Below are positions 7,327 through 15,859 of a stretch of DNA of 64,000 bases, in pieces (position 1 is the stretch's first letter; each line of letters opens with the position of its first letter). The stretch lies in IMG/VR virus record IMGVR_UViG_3300044617_000992. One strand, written 5' to 3'. The DNA comes from an uncultured virus (IMG/VR IMGVR_UViG_3300044617_000992) (Duplodnaviria > Heunggongvirae > Uroviricota > Caudoviricetes). The notes beneath the pieces are model-generated. The model saw only the letters and a list, made by a program, of their open reading frames with translations, was not told the origin of the DNA and did not search any database. Made by a program: the position numbers and the translations under genes.

Positions 7327-7661
7327 TCAAACTCTCCTGTTTTGTTTTTGACTGTACCTGAAGAATAAACTCCCTCAATTCTGGAGGTTCTACCCACTTC
7401 CATACCGTCCCATCCTTTTGAGTATAACTTTTCCGAATAGTTTGAATTTTCATAAATTTCCACCTCAACTTTAATTTCCCTATCATTCCAATGACGAATT
7501 ACACCTGCCACGATAAAGCAGTTTGTCACAAGATATGTAGTAAAGATAATTGTTCTAATTACTGCGATTCGATCTGCTAGATGATTTGTTGGATGTGCTT
7601 TTTCTCCGAGTGCTTTTGCCCACAGTCTCCACATTAGTTCCAGGTTTGATAAAAATTTCAT
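7323..7661 (-). CDS. hypothetical membrane protein
   Basis: WRLWAKALGEK followed by one hydrophobic segment; true start probably ATG near 7634. Confidence 0.6.
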   Translation of the reverse strand: MKFLSNLELMWRLWAKALGEKAHPTNHLADRIAVIRTIIFTTYLVTNCFIVAGVIRHWNDREIKVEVEIYENSNYSEKLYSKGWDGMEVGRTSRIEGVYSSGTVKNKTGEFE

Positions 7662-7821
7662 AATCTTTAGTCGTGAACTTGCACCTAGTGATATATTTTT
7701 CTGCGTGATTTTGATTTTGGAAATAACAAGTCTTCTTATCCTTTAGTTCCTTTCCATCTTTATGAATGACCTTTACTGGAAATTGTTCGTATGGAAACTC
7801 TTGCTTGTCATCCTTTTTCAT
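7555..7821 (-). CDS. hypothetical protein
   Basis: 88-aa ORF, ATGA overlap. Confidence 0.6.
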   Translation of the reverse strand: MKKDDKQEFPYEQFPVKVIHKDGKELKDKKTCYFQNQNHAEKYITRCKFTTKDYEIFIKPGTNVETVGKSTRRKSTSNKSSSRSNRSN

Positions 7822-8078
7822 TTTAATTCATCTTCATTGGATTTGGAAAGTTGCTTTGACAGTTCTTCTGCTGTCTTCATATGTTTTCTCATCATCCACC
7901 ATTGTCCTAGTGGATTTGAAAATATAAATGGATGAAACCTCATCATCCAATAAAGTCTCTTGAATTTAGTACCAATAGATTTACTAATCAGATAAATGTA
8001 ATCTGATACATTTGCATCTATTATCATCATTGTAATAATGATAGCAAATACTGTGAAGAGACTGTAGTAATAAATCAT
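7818..8078 (-). CDS. hypothetical membrane protein
   Basis: N-terminal hydrophobic helix. Confidence 0.6.
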   Translation of the reverse strand: MIYYYSLFTVFAIIITMMIIDANVSDYIYLISKSIGTKFKRLYWMMRFHPFIFSNPLGQWWMMRKHMKTAEELSKQLSKSNEDELK

Positions 8079-8281
8079 GGCGTTTTTCTTAAGAATGTTA
8101 GATAATCTAACAATTGCTGCTTAATAATGTCCAACTCACCCTCACAACCTTGACCCTTTGCCCTACATCTTATTTCGTGATGTACCGTATGCAAGTCCTC
8201 TACCATGAGGTCTATTGCTTTGTTTCTGTTGTAGTTCATTTCTTTGTTAGGAGAGTAAAAAGAGTTGAAAATTAATCGCAA
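8075..8281 (-). CDS. hypothetical protein
   Basis: small ORF in packed operon. Confidence 0.55.
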   Translation of the reverse strand: MRLIFNSFYSPNKEMNYNRNKAIDLMVEDLHTVHHEIRCRAKGQGCEGELDIIKQQLLDYLTFLRKTP

Positions 8282-8535
8282 TAATAATCATCACTACAGT
8301 CAACCAGAGTCCAATCTAGATCCAGATCCTCCAGAAATTGAATAAGTTCATATTCATTGTCTGGCAGATATTCTTCTTCACTCAAAGTAAAAGATGCTTC
8401 ACATAGTCCAGGTCCATATTCAGGAGGATCGTATAAAGTCTGTGAGTACATCAATAAAACCTCATCAATCACAGCAGAGACATAAACAACCCCATCATTG
8501 TCTTGATGAATTGATTCGATTTTTTCGATTGTCAT
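8272..8535 (-). CDS. hypothetical acidic protein
   Basis: 87 aa, QTLYDPPEYGPGLC motif. Confidence 0.65.
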   Translation of the reverse strand: MTIEKIESIHQDNDGVVYVSAVIDEVLLMYSQTLYDPPEYGPGLCEASFTLSEEEYLPDNEYELIQFLEDLDLDWTLVDCSDDYYCD

Positions 8536-8846
8536 CGTTTCTTTATCTCCCGATTAACAAATTTTTTTGCAGTATCCATTGTGGTATGAACCGAAATTTG
8601 CTGTCCTTTGTAAATCGACATAAATTTTTTACCATATGGAACGATTGCCCATTCCATATTTTTACTAATCCAACCAAACTCATCACTCATATAATTTACC
8701 TTGAAATATCATCAAAATCAACATCTGGATGTAGAAATTCTAGGTAATCTTCATAATCAACTCCAAGGTATTCAGCAAATTGCTTGAGTTCTTGGTGATG
8801 CTCAAGAAGCATCAATTCTTCTATATTTTGAATCATTGATTTCCCC

Positions 8847-8978
8847 TCAATAACCATATCTAGAAATCATCTGATCCATTCTATCTTCACGATATTCATC
8901 TTCATATTCCTCATTTGGAGTTTCTTCCAAATCCTCATAAATTGAATCGGCATCCTTTTCCAGAAAAGTTGTGCTCAT
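8847..8978 (-). CDS. hypothetical acidic peptide (MSTTFLEKDADS...)
   Basis: shorter start avoids overlap with cobS. Confidence 0.5.
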   Translation of the reverse strand: MSTTFLEKDADSIYEDLEETPNEEYEDEYREDRMDQMISRYGY

Positions 8979-9027
8979 AAGAATACAGTGAAGTGTTGGT
9001 ATGTTTTTATATAGACAGGAAGGGGGA

Positions 9028-10164
9028 TCACCCCAACTCCTGCGTTTCGGTTTGCTTAAATTCAGCATCAATCTTGTCATACAACTCAACAAAGGTTGCT
9101 TTGGTTTCATCATCAAAACGATTCAGGCAAACCTTGATTGCTTTGTCCTTCTTACCGAAGATAGAATATGCCTTGATGATATGAACCAGACGACGAGTGC
9201 TGATGACTTCATCAATACCACCATCGTTGAAGGTCTTACGAATAATCTCAGACCAGGTGCAAAGGTGCTTGATAAAATCAGTATGCTCACCAATCATAGG
9301 AATACTAAGTGATTCTGCAACCTTAGTCAAGATTTTAGTCTCAACACTGACAGTAGGATATTCCTGTTCGAAGGTGATAGGGAATCGTTCCAGGAATGCC
9401 TCGTTGAGAACATTGGTGCCGATGAAACGACCATCATCAGAACCCTTACCCTTGGTGTTTGCAGTCGCAATCACATTGAAACCTGCCTTGGGAACAACGT
9501 GCTTACCAATTTTCTTGAGGAACACACCCTTACCCTCAAGCACAGACTGAAGACACATAATCTTGTTGGAAGCAAGGTCAACCTCATCCAGCAGAAGGAT
9601 TGCCCCACGTTCCATTGCTTCCACCACAGGACCGTTGTGCCAGACAGTTTCACCGTTCACCAGTCGGAAACCACCAATCAGGTCATCCTCATCAGTCTCA
9701 ATCGTGATGTTGACACGAATCAGTTCACGACCAAGTTGGGCACAAGACTGTTCCACACCGAAAGTTTTTCCATTACCAGAAAGACCAGTGATGAAAGCAG
9801 GATAGAATAGACCAGACTGAATAACTTTTTTAATATCCGAAAAATTACCAAAGCTGACGAAGGTAGCATCTTTCTTGGGAATAAGATTTTGCACGACAGA
9901 ATTCATAGTTGCCACACCAGGAACCGTATCAGTTCCCTCTACAGCAGGGGAGTTGTAAGTTTCTTCAAGTTCTTGCACGGTTGCCTCCAGATTCCATTTA
10001 CCACGACCTACCTTATATTGATTTAGATATTTGGAAAGGGTCGCATACGAAGTGCCTAGTTCTGTTGCAACTTCTTTTACTGCATCAGCACCAAACTCGG
10101 TGCCAAACTTTTCTTTCAAGATGGAGATTGCTTGGTCGGACATAATGTTAGATTTGCGAGGCAT
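9028..10164 (-). CDS. cobS: CobS/MoxR-like AAA+ ATPase
   Basis: Walker A GLSGNGKT, Walker B LLLDEVD, ATANTKG, LNEAFLERF. Confidence 0.9.
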   Translation of the reverse strand: MPRKSNIMSDQAISILKEKFGTEFGADAVKEVATELGTSYATLSKYLNQYKVGRGKWNLEATVQELEETYNSPAVEGTDTVPGVATMNSVVQNLIPKKDATFVSFGNFSDIKKVIQSGLFYPAFITGLSGNGKTFGVEQSCAQLGRELIRVNITIETDEDDLIGGFRLVNGETVWHNGPVVEAMERGAILLLDEVDLASNKIMCLQSVLEGKGVFLKKIGKHVVPKAGFNVIATANTKGKGSDDGRFIGTNVLNEAFLERFPITFEQEYPTVSVETKILTKVAESLSIPMIGEHTDFIKHLCTWSEIIRKTFNDGGIDEVISTRRLVHIIKAYSIFGKKDKAIKVCLNRFDDETKATFVELYDKIDAEFKQTETQELG

Positions 10165-10186
10165 CGGTTTGGTTGATTACTCCGTA

Positions 10187-10243
10187 ATCATAGCACGAAA
10201 AAAGGTGCCTCAGGGGCACCTTTGGACGGTTTGGGAAGTGGTC
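10187..10243 (-). promoter_or_regulatory. palindrome + terminator + extended -10 promoter, copy D
   Basis: GACCACTTCCCAAACCGTCCA, then AAGGTGCC-CCTGA-GGCACCTTTTTT, then TGCTATGAT. Confidence 0.7.
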
Positions 10244-10244
10244 C

Positions 10245-10967
10245 TCACCCTAGAATTGAATCTCTCCACTCTTCACTCATATTTACCATAATTACTTCTG
10301 CTGATTCTGGTGTATCAGCATATCCTTCGCCTAAAAGGTGCGAGAGGATGATGTCGTAGAGGTCTACTTGTTCTTTGCGTGTTTTTCTAACAATTGGATT
10401 ACGTGGAGAAGATCCTCTAGGATTTGGTCCTCCCCATTTGCTAGAAGTTCTTCTTCTTGCATCTGTTTGGTCTATTGGAGTTGGAAAAATATTAGCATTT
10501 CCATCTCTAAGACTTTTAAAAGCATTTCCTACTGCCCTTCTTGCCTGACCTTTAGTAGCATTACCTTGACTTTTGCCACTAGCTCTAGCGGATTTATTCA
10601 TACCATATTCATTATCAGTTCTTTCTGGATTTAATATTCTATCTTTTTTGAATTCATGGGGAGGAGTTTCGTGTTCTAACGGTTTCTTTTTACCAAAAAT
10701 TGTTTTCTTTTGTTTTGGTGCTTTAGACGTTTCGGTATCATCTACTTCCTTCATTGATCCATATCTAGACATATTTTTATCACTTATTTTATATTGAGGA
10801 GTATTTGGGTCTTCTACACCTGTTCTTTGTCTCTTAGCTCTATTTTTTTCTGCTGGGGTATGCCCACTTTGCAAAGGTCTATCTGGGTCATTCCAAGGAA
10901 CTTTTCCTTCCCCCATAACAACTTCCATATATGCTTCTTGAAGATTGCGAAGTGTTTGTACGTCCAT
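10245..10967 (-). CDS. late, basic putative capsid-internal protein
   Basis: C-terminal DLYDIILSHLLGEGYADTPESAEVIMVNMSEEW shared with 1451..2038; TATAAATA at 10988-10995. Confidence 0.7.
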   Translation of the reverse strand: MDVQTLRNLQEAYMEVVMGEGKVPWNDPDRPLQSGHTPAEKNRAKRQRTGVEDPNTPQYKISDKNMSRYGSMKEVDDTETSKAPKQKKTIFGKKKPLEHETPPHEFKKDRILNPERTDNEYGMNKSARASGKSQGNATKGQARRAVGNAFKSLRDGNANIFPTPIDQTDARRRTSSKWGGPNPRGSSPRNPIVRKTRKEQVDLYDIILSHLLGEGYADTPESAEVIMVNMSEEWRDSILG

Positions 10968-11026
10968 TCTTACAATTACTTTTTAGTTATTTATAAAAGG
11001 AGAGTAATAAATACTCCCCCAGGTGG

Positions 11027-13216
11027 TCAGGCAACCATAGAAATAAAGTTACTAAGAAGTTTCTTGTTAGTCTTTTTCTTACCAAGAACTTTACTAAAAG
11101 CAGTTTTGATTTGTGCTTTGGTAGCATTCTCAGGAACAGAAAACTCCTCATCTTGTGCGAGAGAGTTAGCAGCAATCACATTGAATTGGTCAAATCCAGT
11201 GTCTTGGAATTGAACACAACCTTGCTTGCGAAACTCTCCCTTGACTTTTTCGTAGTTCTCTACACCAGTTCCATACCAACGATGACACATTGAGAAATCA
11301 CGACTAGGAGTGATACGAAAGTTAATCACATTCACAGTCGGGAACCTATCTTTCACCGTTTGCAGGAGAACTTTGGCATAACGAGGGAAGTTATCATAAT
11401 CCAGAGAAGAATAGACACGACCAGTCTTCCTATCACGAATAGCAGTGCGATGATGCTTTGTGTTTCCAACGTAATCAGGAGAATCTGGATAACGACCCTT
11501 ACGTGCAACCGTCACGGAATTCTGGTATCCCTCACCATCAGTCAGGAAGATAACATTCACCTTCTGTAGTTTATTCTTTGCCTGAAAATCGGGGATCAGA
11601 GAGTGAAGTGAGATCAGACTTTCCCCAATAGGAGAACCCGAAAGGTCCAGGTGAGGAGGAACAGCACCACTGCGTTTCTGATATGACCAGCAAGCACACC
11701 AGATATTCTTAAGTTGTTCTTCAAGAACACGATTGTTAGTTTTGCTGGTGAAGAAGTTCATCAGACGGAATGATTGCTCAGGAGCAATCACATCAGGAAC
11801 TTTATCATAAACAGGAGGATGATTCGGTTGCAGTTCCATATATGCGTGTGCATCCAGAGTGAAGGCATACACTTCGAAGGGAATATTCACCTTACGGCAG
11901 AACCAAATCAGGTTCAACAGTTGCTTGTAAGCATCCAGAATAAACTCACTCATTGAACCAGACCAGTCAAGAATGAAGATGAGACCGTGATTCTTACCAT
12001 CAGGGACCACAGAAACCTTCTTAAACAGGTCTTCGTTGAACTTATAAGTATGAAGTTTAGCAGTATCTAGAATACCAGTGCGAGCAGTGCTAGAACGAGC
12101 ATATTGATCTGCAGACTTCTTGCACTCAAACTCTTTTACCAGATAAGAAACTTCCTTCTCTGCAGACTTCTTGTAGGTATTATATTCCTGACAAGCAACC
12201 TTGAAGGTTTCTGCATAATAAGTTCCACTATTCTCGTAGAAATACTTTGCCTTACTATGAATGAATTCATTGGGAATTACCATTGTCTCAAGATTCATCT
12301 TGGGAAGTTCCACATAGTTAGTCTCTTGGGCATACTTATCCACAAGGTCTTGAGACTTTTCATCAAAGGAACGAGAAGTCTTGGAAGTCATCTCATCACG
12401 ATTAGTTTTCTCGTGCTTATTGCTTGCTTCCTGACCGAAACCACCACCATTCGGTGCTTCCATAGACTTATTCATATCATCACCGAAGGATTCACCTTCA
12501 GTTTGTGATTGACCCTGTGAATCTTGCTGAAGATTACTTTGGTTCTGTCCGTTTTGGTTCTCTCCATTTTCGGAAGAAGAACTCTGCGGACCTTCTACTT
12601 CTTCACCACCAGGACCAGACATTTCTTCCCCACCACCTTGAGTAGGCATATTGGATACCTTTTTACGTTTGTACTGAACAAACTCGGTGATTTCACGAGC
12701 AAGTTGCAGCACTTCATCAAACGTTTCGGTCAGAGTAGCACGAGTCAGAAACTCATTCTCCTCATCATTGAAGGCAATGTTATGAAATGCGCCAATCTTA
12801 TAATACAGATTGATTCTGTCAATGAAAGTCAGTTCATCCAGGTTCTCTTCCTTGGTTGAAAAGAAGTCATCGGCATTCAGTTCATTGTAACCATTGTAGA
12901 AAGTCCGAGAAAGACCAGGATACTTTTTCTTCATTAGACGTTCTACACGAACATCCTCAAGAACATTCACAAAGTCTTTAGGAACTTCAGGATAGTCTAC
13001 AGTCCAGTCAATATTATCGGTAAAGAGTGCGTGTCCTACCTCGTGTCCAACCAGAAGGTCATAGACAGTTGCAGATGCTTTATCCCAGTTAGGAAGTGTC
13101 AGTACACGACGGTCTACATCAAACATAGCAGTCGGAACTTTCTTGTGCTCGATAATCAAGTTCTCGGTTGCCAGACATTTGGCAAGAGAACCCTTGACTT
13201 CTAGATTGACAGACAT
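11027..13216 (-). CDS. CobT-like metallopeptidase + vWA domain protein
   Basis: HEVGH zinc motif, acidic linker, MIDAS ILDWSGSM and FLTDGEG; partner of CobS. Confidence 0.85.
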   Translation of the reverse strand: MSVNLEVKGSLAKCLATENLIIEHKKVPTAMFDVDRRVLTLPNWDKASATVYDLLVGHEVGHALFTDNIDWTVDYPEVPKDFVNVLEDVRVERLMKKKYPGLSRTFYNGYNELNADDFFSTKEENLDELTFIDRINLYYKIGAFHNIAFNDEENEFLTRATLTETFDEVLQLAREITEFVQYKRKKVSNMPTQGGGEEMSGPGGEEVEGPQSSSSENGENQNGQNQSNLQQDSQGQSQTEGESFGDDMNKSMEAPNGGGFGQEASNKHEKTNRDEMTSKTSRSFDEKSQDLVDKYAQETNYVELPKMNLETMVIPNEFIHSKAKYFYENSGTYYAETFKVACQEYNTYKKSAEKEVSYLVKEFECKKSADQYARSSTARTGILDTAKLHTYKFNEDLFKKVSVVPDGKNHGLIFILDWSGSMSEFILDAYKQLLNLIWFCRKVNIPFEVYAFTLDAHAYMELQPNHPPVYDKVPDVIAPEQSFRLMNFFTSKTNNRVLEEQLKNIWCACWSYQKRSGAVPPHLDLSGSPIGESLISLHSLIPDFQAKNKLQKVNVIFLTDGEGYQNSVTVARKGRYPDSPDYVGNTKHHRTAIRDRKTGRVYSSLDYDNFPRYAKVLLQTVKDRFPTVNVINFRITPSRDFSMCHRWYGTGVENYEKVKGEFRKQGCVQFQDTGFDQFNVIAANSLAQDEEFSVPENATKAQIKTAFSKVLGKKKTNKKLLSNFISMVA

Positions 13217-13240
13217 CTGGTGTGCTTTTGAACTCCGTTC

Positions 13241-13297
13241 ATCATAACAGAAAAAAGGGGTCCAAAGACCCCCTACTGTGCCACTATGTCAACTGTC
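13241..13297 (-). promoter_or_regulatory. palindrome + terminator + extended -10 promoter, copy E
   Basis: GACAGTTGACATAGTGGCAC, then GGGGTC-TTTG-GACCCC-TTTTTT, then TGTTATGAT. Confidence 0.7.
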
Positions 13298-13699
13298 TTA
13301 TGGAGTTTCTTCAACAGTTTCTTCAACAGTTTCTTCAACAGTTTCTTCAATTACTGGAGTTTCTTCATCTACTGGAGTTGCCCAAGGAAGTCCTGTAGAA
13401 AAAGTAATAGGAGAAATTTTAAGTTCTAATTCATGAACGACTGTTTCTTCTAAACTATTTACAGATCTAGGTCCTAATTGATTTTTAGTCCAAGAGACTA
13501 TTATATCTTCAGTCAAATCTTCAAATGGAATAAAATCTGCTGTTCTGGGAAATTCAACGGATCCATGAATTCCTGTTTCAGTATTTTCATATGTAGCAAT
13601 AATTTTCCAAAATGCTCTATAGACATATCCATCGGAAGTTTTACGTTCCAAGTCTGTAATAGTCCATTTAATATCAATTTGTGGAGATTCTACTGTCAT
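13298..13699 (-). CDS. tail-fibre-associated hypothetical protein
   Basis: FIPFEDLTEDIIVSW...LPW motif, C-terminal EETV repeats; TATAAATA at 13717-13724. Confidence 0.7.
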   Translation of the reverse strand: MTVESPQIDIKWTITDLERKTSDGYVYRAFWKIIATYENTETGIHGSVEFPRTADFIPFEDLTEDIIVSWTKNQLGPRSVNSLEETVVHELELKISPITFSTGLPWATPVDEETPVIEETVEETVEETVEETP

Positions 13700-13819
13700 A
13701 ACTTCTAGTTTTTAGTTATTTATACTATAAGCACTGCATCAAAATGTCAAGTTGACAAGAAGTGAAATCATGAGTAGGATCACTCTGTCAGGTTTCAAGA
13801 TTAGTTGTATCTTTAAGTA

Positions 13820-14236
13820 TTAAAGGATCATTTTAGACTTAATTTCTTCATATAACTCTTTATACTTCCTGAGTTCCTGAACTTCCAGTTCTAAATCTCT
13901 AGTATTATGATTTGTAGAAGAAGAGGTATTAGGATCAAATACTGTTCCCAAGAAGTTAGTTTCATGAGAAGACATCATACCTTTAAATGAAGCATTCTCA
14001 AGTCTAGCATTTTGTAGATTTGCACCTTCTAAATCAGTCTTATCAAGATTTGCATTTACAAGATTAGCATTTTCTAATTTAGCATATCTTAAATTAGAAC
14101 CTTTTAGATTACATCCTTCAAGATTTGCATTTTGCAAATTTGCACCTTGAAGATTTACATATTGTAGATCTTGATGACTTAAATCAACTCCACTAAGATC
14201 TACTCCAGGTTTAATTTCATAATTACCAATTCTCAT
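13820..14236 (-). CDS. pentapeptide repeat protein
   Basis: A(N/D)Lxx repeats. Confidence 0.85.
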   Translation of the reverse strand: MRIGNYEIKPGVDLSGVDLSHQDLQYVNLQGANLQNANLEGCNLKGSNLRYAKLENANLVNANLDKTDLEGANLQNARLENASFKGMMSSHETNFLGTVFDPNTSSSTNHNTRDLELEVQELRKYKELYEEIKSKMIL

Positions 14237-14252
14237 AATTTTCTCCTATGTA

Positions 14253-14777
14253 TTATTGTGGTTTAACAGGCCAATCTGGATGGATTTCTCCATTATAAAA
14301 AGCAACAACCATTGGTTTTGGATCTGTGATAACATCAGGAAGATCTCTGAGTTGTTGTCTATAAACAGACCATGCAGTTTTCTGTTCTTCTGTTAAAGAA
14401 ACATCTGAAAGTTGGGTCCAATCACATCTCAAAAGAAGTTCATCCCTAATTGCTCTCAGTTCTGCCCAATAATCTCTTGCTGCTTCTGCTGCCTCTGCTG
14501 CAGCAATATCAGCATCAATTCTTCTTTGCTTTTCTTCATAAAAAATATCTACTATCCCTTGCCATTGACCCAGTTCAGTAAATCTTTCATTAAATGGTTT
14601 TGGACCAAATGGACCACCTTCAGGTTTAAATTCTAATTCTCCACCATACTCTTCACCATACCATTGAACGCAATGAATATTATCAGGGATCCAATCTATT
14701 TCAACATCAAAAATAGTTTCTTCTCCAACCATAAGACTTTTATCTCCAGGAAAATAAGCCATTCTATTCACAGTCAT
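14253..14777 (-). CDS. tail fibre assembly chaperone-like protein
   Basis: RAIRDELLLRCDWTQL...WSVYRQQLRDLP...WPVKP. Confidence 0.8.
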   Translation of the reverse strand: MTVNRMAYFPGDKSLMVGEETIFDVEIDWIPDNIHCVQWYGEEYGGELEFKPEGGPFGPKPFNERFTELGQWQGIVDIFYEEKQRRIDADIAAAEAAEAARDYWAELRAIRDELLLRCDWTQLSDVSLTEEQKTAWSVYRQQLRDLPDVITDPKPMVVAFYNGEIHPDWPVKPQ

Positions 14778-15144
14778 TACTTTGCTCCTCTTCTTCTCCA
14801 GGGGTAATCATATTTATTGGGGTTTCTAATGGAGTTACACTTGCGGGAAGAACTCCAGAAGTTTTCTTTTGTTCCTCAATATAATCAAGATAAAGTTGTT
14901 GATTTTGTGCATTAGATCTCACAACTTCATTTCTGAAAGATTCAACTGCAGCACCTGCTTGTCTTGCCTGTTGAGATGTTTCAATCTGAAGCATTGGCAA
15001 CCAAGTTACAGCACATCCCCAGTTATCAACCATTTCTCCCGTATTTGGATTCATTCCTCTTACTTGAGTGTACCAACTGCACTTAAGACCAATACACTTC
15101 TTCTTAATTAAGGGGCAAAAGTCCCCTGGTTTCATTTGATGCAT
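14764..15144 (-). CDS. Cys-rich conserved hypothetical protein
   Basis: FCPLIKKKCIGLKCSW...WGCA. Confidence 0.7.
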   Translation of the reverse strand: MHQMKPGDFCPLIKKKCIGLKCSWYTQVRGMNPNTGEMVDNWGCAVTWLPMLQIETSQQARQAGAAVESFRNEVVRSNAQNQQLYLDYIEEQKKTSGVLPASVTPLETPINMITPGEEEEQSNDCE

Positions 15145-15160
15145 AATTCTTTTCTCCTAT

Positions 15161-15859
15161 TCAAGATGCATATCTACGAAGTATTTGTGTTTTCAAATTA
15201 TTTAAAAGAAAATAAGGATCATTTAAGGCACTAATACAAGTTGATAAATGAACTGAATGCTCATTTATAGGTAACTTATCTTGAATATTACCTAACTCTC
15301 CATGTATAAACCTAATAAAGGGATCAGAGATTAAAGATTTTGTCCAAAATACAGAAACATATCTAGTTCCCCTTACCACCTTATTAACTCTGTGAATGGT
15401 TCCAGTTGAATAAGTAACTGCCCATCCAGCATCAAGTTTAATCTTTTCTTCATCCTCTCCACCAATATATAGGCATAATTCACCACCATCATATTCAGAT
15501 GGGTCATTCAAAAATACAGTAGTGCTATAGTCACCATTATTCCAATTATCAAAGTGTGGATTATAGTATCCACCAGAAACTGTTTTGGAAATAATATTTA
15601 AATTTGTATTACTTGGGGAAGTGAAATTATGGAACCCTTTATCACCATCCAAAGATGACATAATCATGTCATTAATTGTTTGAGAAAACTGTGGGTTATT
15701 TAATTCTACATTACTTTTAACACTTTTAGTTCCACCACCACTATACAAACCATCATTCCAAAAATTATGTTGATTTGACTCATTAATTATATCATGAACT
15801 ACTTTTAATTGCTCATGATCCAATACTCTTCTCACATAATATTGCTTCATACCAACCAA
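15161..15859 (-). CDS. 2OG-Fe(II) oxygenase (PKHD/prolyl-hydroxylase-like)
   Basis: HFD...YDGGEL...HRVNKVVRGTRY. Confidence 0.85.
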   Translation of the reverse strand: MVGMKQYYVRRVLDHEQLKVVHDIINESNQHNFWNDGLYSGGGTKSVKSNVELNNPQFSQTINDMIMSSLDGDKGFHNFTSPSNTNLNIISKTVSGGYYNPHFDNWNNGDYSTTVFLNDPSEYDGGELCLYIGGEDEEKIKLDAGWAVTYSTGTIHRVNKVVRGTRYVSVFWTKSLISDPFIRFIHGELGNIQDKLPINEHSVHLSTCISALNDPYFLLNNLKTQILRRYAS

